From: Roseibacillus sp.
Lineage (GTDB): Bacteria; Verrucomicrobiota; Verrucomicrobiia; Verrucomicrobiales; Akkermansiaceae
Direction: 5' to 3'
Assembly (NCBI GenBank): GCA_051251855.1
Contig: JBPOGI010000002.1
Span: 224,001-288,000 of the forward strand
DNA: 64,000 nt
The notes under the pieces are model-generated. The model made no database searches. It was not told the DNA's origin and saw nothing but the letters and a program-made list of their open reading frames with translations. This document shows, in pieces, positions 27,475 through 37,316 of the stretch. Position 1 is the first letter of the stretch. Every line of letters starts with the position of its first letter. The position numbers and the translations under genes were made by a program.

Positions 27475-30400
27475 TCAAGGTTGTGGGTGGAACTTGTGTT
27501 TTAGCTCTTGGTGGAGGCAGTAGAGGGTGGGAACGACGAACATGGTGAGGAGCTCGATGGCCATGCCTCCTACGATGGGCACTGCCATGGGACCCATGAT
27601 GTCGCTTCCTCGGCCGGTGGAGGTGAGGACGGGGAGGAGGGCTAGGAGCGTTGTGGCGGTGGTCATCAGGCAGGGCCGCACCCGGCGCAGACCGGCGGTC
27701 ACGACCAGGTCTCGGATTTCTGCGCGTGAGCTTGGGGTGGTCTCGTTAAAGAGTTGCTTGAGGTAGGTAGCGATTACGACTCCGTCGTCGGTGGCGATTC
27801 CGAACAAGGCTAGGAATCCAACCCAAACTGCTGCCGAGAGAGCGATAGGGTGAACGTTGAAAAGGTCGGCGAAATCGACGCCAATAAACTCGAATTGCAG
27901 GAAGTGAGGCTGACTATAAAGCCAGAGCAGGACGAATCCGCCCGACCATGCGACCAGAATTCCACTGAAGATGATCAGGGTCGTGACGCTGGATTTGAAC
28001 TGAAGATAAAGCAGGATGAAAATCGCGAAGAGGGAAATTGGCACCACTAAGAGGAGTGTTTTGTCGAGTTCGCGCTTCTGCTTGTAGGACCCCGCAAATT
28101 CCCAAGTGACTCCGGGAGGGACGATGAGGGCGCCCGTTTCGCGCTGCTTGGCGAGGTAGTCTTGTGCACTCTCGACGACATCGACATCGGTGAAGCCTTC
28201 GTCATTGCCGAAGGTGATATAGGAGGTGAGAAAGGTGTTCTCGCTTTTAATCATTTGCGGTCCCCGCACGTAGTTGATGGTGGCTACTTGGGAGAGTGGG
28301 ATTTGGGTGCCGTCGCTGGTGGTGAGCAGAGTTTGCTCGATGGCTTCAATGGAATTGCGTTGCTCTCGCTGATAGCGCACCCGGACTGCGAAGCGTTCGC
28401 GCCCTTCGATGGTGGTGGTCACTTCCATTCCGCCGATGGCCGCCTGCATCGTGTCCACGACATCCGCGACATTGAGCCCAAAGCGTTGTGCGGCTTCGCG
28501 GTCGGGAATGATTTCCAAATAGGGCTTTCCGATGATGCGGTCGGCATTGATGGTGGCGAGGCTGAGCCCGGGGATGGCGCTTTCCTTCAGCTGTTTTTCC
28601 AAGGCGAGAGTGGCGGTCTCGAGAGTTGGGAGGTCAGGGGCGCGCACCTTGAGCCCCATAGGCGCTCGCATTCCGGTTTGTAGCATCACGAGGCGAGTCT
28701 CAATCGGTTGTAGCAAGGGTGCGCCAGTGGTGCCGGTGACCTTGGCCACCTTTTCAATTTCACTCCAGATATCACGAGCGGTCTTAATGTGGGGACGCCA
28801 TTGGCGGAAGGGGCGGCCCTTTTTATCAGGAATCAGTTCGCCTTCTTCGGTGTATACGTGGTGCTGGTGATCGCGGTCGTATTGGTAGCGGATGGGGTGG
28901 CCATCGGGGTCGCTACGGAACTCGGGTAAGTAGTGGATCACGGTCTCGATCATCGAGACCGGTGCCGGGTCAAGGGAGGACTCCACGCGCCCGATTTTTC
29001 CCACTACGAGAGAGACCTCAGGCACGGTGGAGATCGCTTGATCCAATTCCGTAAGGGCCTCCATGGCCTCGGCGATGGAGGCATGGGGACTAATGGTGGG
29101 CATGAAGAGAAAGGAGCCTTCATCCAGGCGAGGCCTGAACTCGGAAGAGAGTCCGGGAAAGGTCTTGCTAAAGTCCTGCCACAGGGCGGTCTCCTGAGTT
29201 CCGTTCCCAAGAACCTTGGGAACAAAGGAGAACACCTTCGCAAAACCTAACCACGACATTAGGGCCAGGATGAGAAGGCCCACTGGCAGGGTGAGGAAGG
29301 TGGCCTTGTGAGCCAGGCACCAGCGCAGTATAGGCGCGTATATGAGCTCGAACAATTTGAAGCCACCCAAAAGAATGACGAGGAGAGCGGCCACGAGGAT
29401 AAAATTGGCCCCTTGCGAGCGGTCCAGGCCCAAGGGAGCCCAATCACCAGCGAGTAGCCAACCCACCAGCCCCGCGACGATGAGATTGAGCGGCAGGAAA
29501 ACGCGAGTCTTCCACTTGCCGGGGGCAGCCTTTTTTACTTTGCCAAAGAGAAGGTGAGCCAAGGGAGGAATGATGGTGAGAGCGACAATCACGGAGGCGC
29601 TGATTGCAAAGGTCTTGGTGAAAGCGAGTGGTCGAAAGAGTCGTCCGGCCTCGCCGGTGAGTGCAAAGACAGGAAGGAAAGATACTACCGTGGTGGCCAC
29701 TGCAGTGAGGACCGCTCCTGCCACCTCATGGGTTCCACGCAGAATCACGGGCAAGGTTCGCTCGCCTGGTTCGGCCTCGTCGAGGTGCTTGAGGACGTTC
29801 TCGGTGAGGACAATGCCGACATCGACGACCGTTCCAATCGCGATTGCGATCCCGGCGAGGGCCACCACATTGGCGTCGATACCAAAGGTCTTCATTGCGA
29901 TGAATGTGACAAGAACAGCGAGTGGTAGCATGGCGCTGATCAAAACCGAGGTGCGTAAATGCATCACCATGATCACGACCACGATTATGGTGATCAAGAC
30001 CTGTTGAAAGAGCGCCTCTTCCAGGGTGCCAAGGGTCTCCGAAATTAAGCCCGAACGATCATAAAAAGGCACGATAGTCAGCTGGGAGTGATTGAGCCAA
30101 GCCGGCCATTGAGTGCTCGGGTTTGTTTTGGTCCATGGCAGCCAGGCGAGGTGATTGACTTCGGTGGAGGGGGCCTCACCCACGAAGGGGTCATTGATTT
30201 GATGGCTTTCGGCAAAGGCCAAGACCTCGTCGCGCGTGGTTTCACCCCAATCGATGAGAACGCGTTGGGGCAAGCCAGAGGAGAGCTTTGCGATCTGTTC
30301 CTTGGTGTTTTTGATGGTCGCCATTGGGTTTTCGCCAAAGCGGGCAATGACCACGCCGCCAACGGCTTCGGCCCCATCCTTGTCGAGGGCACCACGACGC

Positions 30401-31260
30401 ATCGCGGGTCCCAGTTGCACCTCGGCCACGTCGGAGATTACGATGGCGGTATTGTCACGGCTGGTGATCACTGCCTGGCGCAGGTCTTCGATTTCGCGGA
30501 TGAACCCAATACCGCGAATGAGGTATTCGACGCCATTGACCTCGAGGTTTCGTGCGCCTGTTTCACGATTGGATTTACGCACCGCGTTCATCACTTGGGT
30601 GAGGGTGACGTTGTTAGCGCGCAGAAGGTCGGGGTCGATATCGACCTGATACTCGCGCACGTAACCGCCCACAGAAGCGACCTCCGCGACTCCCTCGGCG
30701 GTCATCAAGGAGTATTTGACCGTAAAGTCCTGAATGGCCCGTAGCTCGTCGAGATCCCAGCCACCGCTGGCGTTGCCGTTCTGGTCACGTCCTTCCAAGG
30801 TATACCAAAAGACCTGTCCAAGCGCGGTGGCATCGGGTCCCAGCTTTGGGGAGACAGCGTCAGGAAGGAGATTGGCGGGGAGGGAATTGAGCTTCTCGAT
30901 AATGCGCGAACGCGACCAATAGAACTCTACCCCTTCCTCAAAAATCAAATAAATGGAGGAAAAACCAAAGTAGGAATAAGTGCGCACTTCCTTAACCCCG
31001 GGCACTCCTAAAAGAGAGACGGTGAGGGGATAGGATATCTGGTCTTCGACATCTCGCGGCGAGCGGCCCGCCCATTCCGTGAAGATGATTTGTTGGTTCT
31101 CGCCCAAGTCCGGGATGGCATCGACTGCGACGGGATCGCGTGGCATCCAAGAGACCTCCCAATCGAAGGGAGCCACGCGCACTCCCCAACCAATGAAAAA
31201 GGTTAGGAGGAGAAGCACCACCAGCTTCTGTTCGAGGCAAAATTTAAGAAAGGCTTTCAT
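27475..31260 (-). CDS. cusA: CusA/SilA-type heavy-metal RND transporter
   Basis: VDAIPDLGENQQII, LGPDATALG, GIAIAIGTVVD, FMP...SMIET, RVRPCLMT. Confidence 0.92.
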   Translation of the reverse strand: MKAFLKFCLEQKLVVLLLLTFFIGWGVRVAPFDWEVSWMPRDPVAVDAIPDLGENQQIIFTEWAGRSPRDVEDQISYPLTVSLLGVPGVKEVRTYSYFGFSSIYLIFEEGVEFYWSRSRIIEKLNSLPANLLPDAVSPKLGPDATALGQVFWYTLEGRDQNGNASGGWDLDELRAIQDFTVKYSLMTAEGVAEVASVGGYVREYQVDIDPDLLRANNVTLTQVMNAVRKSNRETGARNLEVNGVEYLIRGIGFIREIEDLRQAVITSRDNTAIVISDVAEVQLGPAMRRGALDKDGAEAVGGVVIARFGENPMATIKNTKEQIAKLSSGLPQRVLIDWGETTRDEVLAFAESHQINDPFVGEAPSTEVNHLAWLPWTKTNPSTQWPAWLNHSQLTIVPFYDRSGLISETLGTLEEALFQQVLITIIVVVIMVMHLRTSVLISAMLPLAVLVTFIAMKTFGIDANVVALAGIAIAIGTVVDVGIVLTENVLKHLDEAEPGERTLPVILRGTHEVAGAVLTAVATTVVSFLPVFALTGEAGRLFRPLAFTKTFAISASVIVALTIIPPLAHLLFGKVKKAAPGKWKTRVFLPLNLIVAGLVGWLLAGDWAPLGLDRSQGANFILVAALLVILLGGFKLFELIYAPILRWCLAHKATFLTLPVGLLILALMSWLGFAKVFSFVPKVLGNGTQETALWQDFSKTFPGLSSEFRPRLDEGSFLFMPTISPHASIAEAMEALTELDQAISTVPEVSLVVGKIGRVESSLDPAPVSMIETVIHYLPEFRSDPDGHPIRYQYDRDHQHHVYTEEGELIPDKKGRPFRQWRPHIKTARDIWSEIEKVAKVTGTTGAPLLQPIETRLVMLQTGMRAPMGLKVRAPDLPTLETATLALEKQLKESAIPGLSLATINADRIIGKPYLEIIPDREAAQRFGLNVADVVDTMQAAIGGMEVTTTIEGRERFAVRVRYQREQRNSIEAIEQTLLTTSDGTQIPLSQVATINYVRGPQMIKSENTFLTSYITFGNDEGFTDVDVVESAQDYLAKQRETGALIVPPGVTWEFAGSYKQKRELDKTLLLVVPISLFAIFILLYLQFKSSVTTLIIFSGILVAWSGGFVLLWLYSQPHFLQFEFIGVDFADLFNVHPIALSAAVWVGFLALFGIATDDGVVIATYLKQLFNETTPSSRAEIRDLVVTAGLRRVRPCLMTTATTLLALLPVLTSTGRGSDIMGPMAVPIVGGMAIELLTMFVVPTLYCLHQELKHKFHPQP

Positions 31261-33330
31261 CTACTGGTCCCTGCCATTGAGGGTTTCGAGGGTGAGCGAG
31301 AGGGTCTCGGTGACATCTCCGCAAGAGAACATGCTGGAGCCTAGGTAGGGGTTCTCGACGATGGGTTCGCGCGACAGCCAGTCGGCTCCTTCATTGTCAG
31401 AAGCCATGGGACAGTGAACGAGATAGAGGCTGCCCAGTTGGTCGCTGGCTCCTTCGCGTATGAGGTCGGTGACCAGAGTGATAGATCCCTTGAGCGCTTC
31501 ACGCAGTGCTTCTTCTTCCTTCGCGGCCGCTACTTCGTCCGCGACCGCTTCGAAGTCCGGTCCAAGTTTTCTTAGGTCTTCCGCTAGCTTGGGAGCGCTG
31601 GCGAGCGCTTGTGCGGGCTTGTCATGAGCGAGGGAATCAGAGACCGTCAAAAGCGTTTCGACCGTAAGATTGATTTGCTTGATCTCGCTCTGCGGCAGAG
31701 TGAGCAGAGAGGGAAGTTGCCAGGGGAGTCCTGCTTGGGCGGCGCTGATCGGAAGCTCGCGAACAAGTAATTGCCAGGCGCTAGCGACTGATTTTTCCTT
31801 TGCGAGCGTGGAGGTCTGCACGAGGAGATTGACGAGCTTCATCTTGGCTTCGTCCCAAAGTGGCTCATAGGCGTCGTCTAAAATATCGGGATTGATATCC
31901 TCCAGTATCATCTTGGCACCGGCGAGGTGTTCCACGAACTCTCGGGGACGATCTCGCGCTTCCTCGGCGCGGGCTAGACTTCGTAACACTGGTTTCCAAG
32001 CCCCAGAGACTGTAACGGGGGCTTGCAAGGCAGGTCCCTCACCAGTGGATTGCCCATCTAACATCATCGCTGGCTTGGCTTGAATCTGTAGCTCGGAGTC
32101 GAGCTTGAAGGCTCCCCGGGTGGCCACCAGATCGCCTTCTTCCACCCCGCTCAAGACTACGTAAAAATCATTGGCGCGGGGACCGAGCACGATCTCGCGG
32201 CCCTCGAAGCGAACTCCCTCATCGGAAGGGATGCGCCGGTAGACGACCGCTCTTTTGCCAGTGCGGAGGACAGCAGAAGCGGGGATTTGCAGGGGAGGAT
32301 CGGCGGCCATTTCGGCACCCTGCGCTTCGACACTAGCAGTGATAAACATTCCGGGTTTGAGTTCGCGGAGCGGGTTGGGCACGGCCACTCGGACGCGCAC
32401 CACTCGCCGGGTCATATCGAGGGTGGGATCAATGAAGGAGATTTCGCCCTCGAAGGTCTGGCCCGGTAGCGACGCGCTCTGGAGCTGCACGCGTTGCTTA
32501 TCTTTCAGCCAGACAAGGTCGTCCTCATAGGCTTCCAGCTGAACCCACACTACTGAGAGATCGGCCAAGGTGTAGAGGGCATCTCCGGTTTTGAGGTAAT
32601 CGCCTTCGCGCTTGCCAAGGTGCATCACCACCCCATCGAAGGGAGCGGTCATTACGATGCGATCGCGGGGTCCAGACTGTTGTTCGATAGCATCGATTTG
32701 TTCGGGGGAGAGTTCGAGGAGACGAAGCTTCTCACGGGCTCCACGATAGAGTGCTTCGCTGGTGCGACCGGGGGTGCTCGTTAAGCGCCGCTTTGCGGAG
32801 ATGAGTTCCTGTTGCGCGACGAGAAGATCGGGAGAATAGACTTCGGCAATGGACTGTCCTTTCAAGACCGTGGCTCCAGTGTAATCGATATAGAGCTTGT
32901 CCAGTCGCCCTCCAAAGCGGGCTGTTGTGGTAGTCAGTGAGCTTTCGTCGGCCATCACTTTGCCAAGAAGAGAGAGCGACTTCTCAAGCGGCTGGCGAAC
33001 TACTGGCGCAACCCTGAGCCCCATGTTGGCGACTGCACTATTGCTAAGACTCAGCTCCCGTAAGCCACCCGCTCCCGAGGCCGAAACCGGAATGAGGTCC
33101 ATTTGGCAGATGGGGCAGGGCCCTGGATTGGGCTGACGAATGGTGGGGTGCATGGAGCAGGTCCAGATGGTATCGGGGTCTCCACTAGCCATCGTTGATG
33201 AGGACATGTCTGTGGAAGACGGCCGTCCGATCCACCAGCCGGCCAGAAAAACGGCTAGGATGATAAGGGGAAAGAGCAGGCTCCCGGTCTTTCGAAGAAG
33301 CTGCAAACTGCGCTTGAGGATTGGTTTCAT
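31261..33330 (-). CDS. cusB: CusB-type RND adaptor with N-terminal heavy-metal-binding domain and C-terminal DUF3347-like domain
   Basis: WTCSMHP...CPICQMDL, YSPDL..AQQEL, LKPGMF and HCPMA...W...NPY.GS.M..CG. Likely start ATG 33330. Confidence 0.88.
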   Translation of the reverse strand: MKPILKRSLQLLRKTGSLLFPLIILAVFLAGWWIGRPSSTDMSSSTMASGDPDTIWTCSMHPTIRQPNPGPCPICQMDLIPVSASGAGGLRELSLSNSAVANMGLRVAPVVRQPLEKSLSLLGKVMADESSLTTTTARFGGRLDKLYIDYTGATVLKGQSIAEVYSPDLLVAQQELISAKRRLTSTPGRTSEALYRGAREKLRLLELSPEQIDAIEQQSGPRDRIVMTAPFDGVVMHLGKREGDYLKTGDALYTLADLSVVWVQLEAYEDDLVWLKDKQRVQLQSASLPGQTFEGEISFIDPTLDMTRRVVRVRVAVPNPLRELKPGMFITASVEAQGAEMAADPPLQIPASAVLRTGKRAVVYRRIPSDEGVRFEGREIVLGPRANDFYVVLSGVEEGDLVATRGAFKLDSELQIQAKPAMMLDGQSTGEGPALQAPVTVSGAWKPVLRSLARAEEARDRPREFVEHLAGAKMILEDINPDILDDAYEPLWDEAKMKLVNLLVQTSTLAKEKSVASAWQLLVRELPISAAQAGLPWQLPSLLTLPQSEIKQINLTVETLLTVSDSLAHDKPAQALASAPKLAEDLRKLGPDFEAVADEVAAAKEEEALREALKGSITLVTDLIREGASDQLGSLYLVHCPMASDNEGADWLSREPIVENPYLGSSMFSCGDVTETLSLTLETLNGRDQ

Positions 33331-33350
33331 TTCTAAGGTAGATAAGGTTG

Positions 33351-34685
33351 TCAGTTGCGACCGGCGGCCTTGAGTAAGCTGGCCTCTGCTTGTCCCAAGC
33401 GGGCTTGGCTTTCGACGACTTGGAGGCGATCCATGAGAAGCTGACGCCAAGCGTCGATGACCGCGAGGAAGCTGTCCTTTCCGCTCTGATAGGAATTCAG
33501 AGTGAGTTCAAAGACGCTTTCAGCATCGGGAATGAGGTTGGAGGAAAAGAGAGAAAGTGCCTTTCGCTCGGAAGTAAAGAGGGCGTGAGCGCTTCCGATC
33601 TCCCGTTGCAGTTGAGTGCGCGTGGAAGCGAGTGCTTCTTGTTCTGCGGTCAGGTTGGCAGCGGCTTCCTCGCGATTGGCTTTGGTCTTTCCGCCCCAAA
33701 GCGGGAGGGTCACTCCCAAGGTGGCCATCACTTGATCTCTGCCGTTGGCGGAAGGCGCCAAGGCATCTTCGGTGACTGGAGAGTAGGATGCCCCGGCGGT
33801 GAAGTCAGGTTTACTACTGAGCCTAGCCAGTTCGACCCGGCTGTCCGCAGCCGCAATGCGGGCTCGCGCAGCCTTGACCTCGGGATGGTTGTTAGAGGCC
33901 TGTGCAATCAGAACAGAGGGCGGGCCAAAGCTTCTGAAATTGGAAAAAGAAGAATTCGGGAGTGAGGAATCGTTGGGGCGATAGAGAAGGGCGTTCAGTG
34001 AGCTTTGCGCAGCAATAGCCTGGCCCCGCGCGGTGGCGAGTCTCTGGTCGATCCGAGTGATCTCGTTTTCGAGTTTTAGAAAATCCTGTTGGCTTGCTTG
34101 ATTGACCGCAATGCGCGTCTGCACGGACTCCTGCAACGTTTCTAACAGGCCGCGATTCTCGACTAGAATGACGGTCGTTTGTTGCGATTGATAATATTGC
34201 CACCAAGCCTTGCGGACAAGTTCCGCAATGGCGATCTCTTTCGATTCTGCCTCCGCGCGGACTGCTTCGGCTTGCGCAAGGAAGACTTTTGCCTGCGCGT
34301 TCCGTTTACCTGGATAGGGGATCTTTTGCTGAACCCCAAACACGGCTTGAACCTGCCCGGCAGCAGTCTCGGCGAGTTCGCCGACCCCCACCGATGCGGA
34401 AGGATCGGGTAAGAATCGAGCTTGCCGGGCCGCCTGGTCGAGAGCATTCGCTTTCGCTCGCAGAGCTTTGATGGCGGGATGGTTCGCCTTGGCCTGAGCT
34501 ACCAATTCTTCCACGCCATCGGACGCGGCGAGGCGGTAAGCAACCGGCGCGGGGGCGTCAGGGAGTCGATTCGTGGCGAACTCGTTAGAAGGAGATTTGG
34601 TGGAGTTTCCAAACTCCTCGGTGAGATTGGAACACGAAGATACCACGAGCCCAAGGGCCAGTCCGCCGATACAAAGACGATTCAT
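33351..34685 (-). CDS. TolC/CusC family outer-membrane efflux lipoprotein
   Basis: Lipobox-like VSSC; ANHPAI, LPDP, QKIPYPGK and LPLWG repeats; upstream of cusBA. Confidence 0.9.
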   Translation of the reverse strand: MNRLCIGGLALGLVVSSCSNLTEEFGNSTKSPSNEFATNRLPDAPAPVAYRLAASDGVEELVAQAKANHPAIKALRAKANALDQAARQARFLPDPSASVGVGELAETAAGQVQAVFGVQQKIPYPGKRNAQAKVFLAQAEAVRAEAESKEIAIAELVRKAWWQYYQSQQTTVILVENRGLLETLQESVQTRIAVNQASQQDFLKLENEITRIDQRLATARGQAIAAQSSLNALLYRPNDSSLPNSSFSNFRSFGPPSVLIAQASNNHPEVKAARARIAAADSRVELARLSSKPDFTAGASYSPVTEDALAPSANGRDQVMATLGVTLPLWGGKTKANREEAAANLTAEQEALASTRTQLQREIGSAHALFTSERKALSLFSSNLIPDAESVFELTLNSYQSGKDSFLAVIDAWRQLLMDRLQVVESQARLGQAEASLLKAAGRN

Positions 34686-34749
34686 CGTAATAAAAGATGG
34701 GCACGAGCGGCTCCAAAAGCCGCTCGTGCAAGGACTACAAAAGGCCAGA

Positions 34750-35070
34750 CTACTGTCCGGACGGACTGCCCTCAGCTTCCTCAGCAGCCGTCAATTTGGC
34801 GGTATACTTGGAAGGGTCTTTTTTGAAGGCAGGAAGACAACCGTCGCAGCAAAACTGGACTTCAGTGCCTTCGTGATTGTAGACAAAAGGCTCACCCATC
34901 GAGCCCAGCTTTTTGCCTGAAACAACACAGACATCGAGTGGATAGTCGTCCGCGTAGGTGGTTCCAGTTGTTTCCGGCGAGGTGTTGGCCTGTTCGGCTT
35001 TGTCGCAAGAGCTGAGGACGACGAATGAGAGCGCGGTTAAGCTGCTCATGATGAGAGTAGGAAATTTCAT
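34750..35070 (-). CDS. YHS/TRASH-like metal-binding lipoprotein
   Basis: LSSC lipobox; YPLDVCVVSG..LGSMG...FCCDGC...F.KDP..Y. Confidence 0.8.
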   Translation of the reverse strand: MKFPTLIMSSLTALSFVVLSSCDKAEQANTSPETTGTTYADDYPLDVCVVSGKKLGSMGEPFVYNHEGTEVQFCCDGCLPAFKKDPSKYTAKLTAAEEAEGSPSGQ

Positions 35071-35279
35071 AATTATATTTTTGATCGTAGGGATGTTCTA
35101 AAAGGAAAACTGGCACACGCAGAACATCGAAGAAGCGCGTATGGGTCGGGCTGCCAAAAAGGGGCAGCGAGGTTTCAAGCCTGAGAAATTGGGCTTGGAA
35201 AAAGGGTCAAAGAGATGAGCACGAACTTGGCTTGGGAAAACTATCCAAGCGTTCGGCGATCAGACCCGAAGCGAAACGA

Positions 35280-35654
35280 TCAAATGAGGAACCGGCTCAA
35301 GAGAGCACAACGGTCCAGCGGAGGCGGAAAAAAATGGGGGGGAGAATTCTGACGGGGAAGCTCTTTGGGGAAGTGGACAACGAGATGCTCAGGGTCTGGA
35401 GCCTCTAGATTGAGCTCAATCGTGTGGTGGAATGAAAAAGGAGCCTCAACCTCGTGGCTGGCAACCATTTTCTCACAGGGGCAGTTCGGGCAGTCGGATG
35501 GTTCCGAATCATCGGAAGGAGTCGGGGTCGAACAGCAAGAGTGAATTGGCTGTGATTCAGAAGAACTGAAGATCTTCTTAAGAGTGCAGCAACATCCCGG
35601 ATTAGCCATCAGGATGGCCAAAAGGATTGAGGTGAATTGCTGAATGAGACTCAT
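35280..35654 (-). CDS. Cys-rich leader ORF heading the copper operon (DUF2946/CruR-like architecture)
   Basis: Signal-like N-terminus, CCC, HSCC, CPNCPC, C-terminal PP..PPP...LxxFLI. Confidence 0.65.
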   Translation of the reverse strand: MSLIQQFTSILLAILMANPGCCCTLKKIFSSSESQPIHSCCSTPTPSDDSEPSDCPNCPCEKMVASHEVEAPFSFHHTIELNLEAPDPEHLVVHFPKELPRQNSPPHFFPPPLDRCALLSRFLI

Positions 35655-35665
35655 TGAATGGGAGT

Positions 35666-35694
35666 AAGTTAGTTCAAAGCCGTTCTTTATACAA
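35666..35694 (-). promoter_or_regulatory. Putative sigma70 promoter for the copper operon
   Basis: Minus strand TTGTAT-N17-TAACTT just upstream of ATG 35654. Confidence 0.5.
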
Positions 35695-35755
35695 GACTAA
35701 ATGAGTTCCAACACAAGAGTGTGGTCCAAATCTGTCTGGCTGAGGGTGAATATTC

Positions 35756-36655
35756 TTAATTTGAAGAGGTGCCAAGGGGGCTGCAAATACTACAGGTTTC
35801 ATCTTCGCGTTCGACTTCGATCGTTATGTGCTTGAAAATGTGGGAATCGAGAAGAGCGCGAAGTTCTTCTTTGGCCCTAACGGCAGAATATTGGTCGCAT
35901 TCTTTTTCGAGAACAAGGTGAGTCGAGAATACGTGCTGTTCGCCGTCGAGGGACCAGACATGGGTATGATGTGTTGAGACCACGTGCGGGATTGTTGAGA
36001 CCTTTTTTTCGAATTCGTCGAGGTCGAAAGTTTCGGGGACGGTTTGGAGGAAGACCCGAGCCACTTGTTTGAGGTTGCGGAAGACGTTCCAAATGATGAA
36101 TGAGGAGATGCCAATGGAAAGAAGAGGGTCAATGATGGGGAGGTCCCAAATTGACATTACGAAGGCTCCCATGAGAACCGCAACCCAACCGAGCACATCT
36201 TCCAGAAGGTGCCAGCTGACGATTCTTTCGGTGATGGAGCTACCTTTCTTAACGCGTAAGACAGCCGCTCCATTGACGAGAATTCCAAGGACGGCCAGCG
36301 CCATCATCCCGGTGGCATTGACTGGTTCGGGATCAGCAAGGCGTTTGAAAGAGTTAAAGAGGATGAAGCAAAGACCGACTGTGAGAACGAAGCCAGTGAT
36401 CAGGCCTCCCAAGAGTCGAAAGCGGCGGTAGCCATAGGTGTGCTGGGAGGATGGCTTTTTGTGTGAGAGCCTTTCAAAATACCAAGCGAGTCCGAGTGAA
36501 CCGGTATCGCCCAAGTCGTGCACAGCATCGGACAGGATAGCTATGCTGTTGGTGAGAATGCCTCCAACGAACTCAATGATAGTGAATGACAGGTTCAGAA
36601 AAAAGGCGACCTTGAGGTTGCCTTCGGCGTGACTGTGATCGTGAGAATGAGACAT
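35756..36655 (-). CDS. czcD: Cation diffusion facilitator (CzcD/ZitB-like)
   Basis: His-rich N-terminus, SDAVHDLGD, TYGY.R, HLLEDVLG, HTHVWSL, HITIEVE. Confidence 0.9.
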   Translation of the reverse strand: MSHSHDHSHAEGNLKVAFFLNLSFTIIEFVGGILTNSIAILSDAVHDLGDTGSLGLAWYFERLSHKKPSSQHTYGYRRFRLLGGLITGFVLTVGLCFILFNSFKRLADPEPVNATGMMALAVLGILVNGAAVLRVKKGSSITERIVSWHLLEDVLGWVAVLMGAFVMSIWDLPIIDPLLSIGISSFIIWNVFRNLKQVARVFLQTVPETFDLDEFEKKVSTIPHVVSTHHTHVWSLDGEQHVFSTHLVLEKECDQYSAVRAKEELRALLDSHIFKHITIEVEREDETCSICSPLGTSSN

Positions 36656-36731
36656 GGAGGGGGAGGGGAGGAGGAGAGCCAGCTCAGTATTTTTTCGATG
36701 CTAAGCTGGCTGCTCTGGTTACAGGATTGAT

Positions 36732-37304
36732 TTAGTGATCGTGACCTTCGTGATCGTCGCCCTCTTCGGCACCGTGGTCGCAGATGCAGGCGTATTCGAG
36801 GTAGTCACAGGTGGGACATTCCTCGAGGTTGAGGTTGAAGCGGATGGTCTCCGTTTTGGCATCCGGGGTGACCTTCACTTGTATGATGACGGGGATGTTG
36901 TCTCCGGCGGGGAGGGCTTTGTCGGAAATGAGGACGCCATCTTTTAGCTCGAATTTCATCCGGGTTGGCGCGCTTCGCTCGCCACCGATGAGAGTCACCT
37001 TTTGTTCGGCAGGTTCGCTTTTCTTTCCTTCTTTATCGAGGAAGGTGATTTGGATTTTTCGATCTTCGGTGACGAAGAGCTCGGCGTGCGGTTCGACTTC
37101 GGTGAGGATGCGTCCTCCGTTCGGACCTGCTTTCTTAGCATCACCGTGGTCGTGTCCTTCGTGGTCATCACCAGCGTGTTCTTCGGCGTGGTCATGTCCT
37201 TTGTGGTCGTCTTCTTCTGCCCCGAGGAAGGGAGCTGAGAATGCAAGCGCTACTCCGAGCCCGAGGGTGAGGAGTCCTTTATTTTGTTTTACTGTTGGTT
37301 TCAT
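36732..37304 (-). CDS. Exported His-rich metal-binding protein
   Basis: Signal peptide, DHxGHDH repeats, GPNGGR, CPTC..EYACICDH. Confidence 0.8.
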   Translation of the reverse strand: MKPTVKQNKGLLTLGLGVALAFSAPFLGAEEDDHKGHDHAEEHAGDDHEGHDHGDAKKAGPNGGRILTEVEPHAELFVTEDRKIQITFLDKEGKKSEPAEQKVTLIGGERSAPTRMKFELKDGVLISDKALPAGDNIPVIIQVKVTPDAKTETIRFNLNLEECPTCDYLEYACICDHGAEEGDDHEGHDH

Positions 37305-37316
37305 TAGTTTGTTTTT

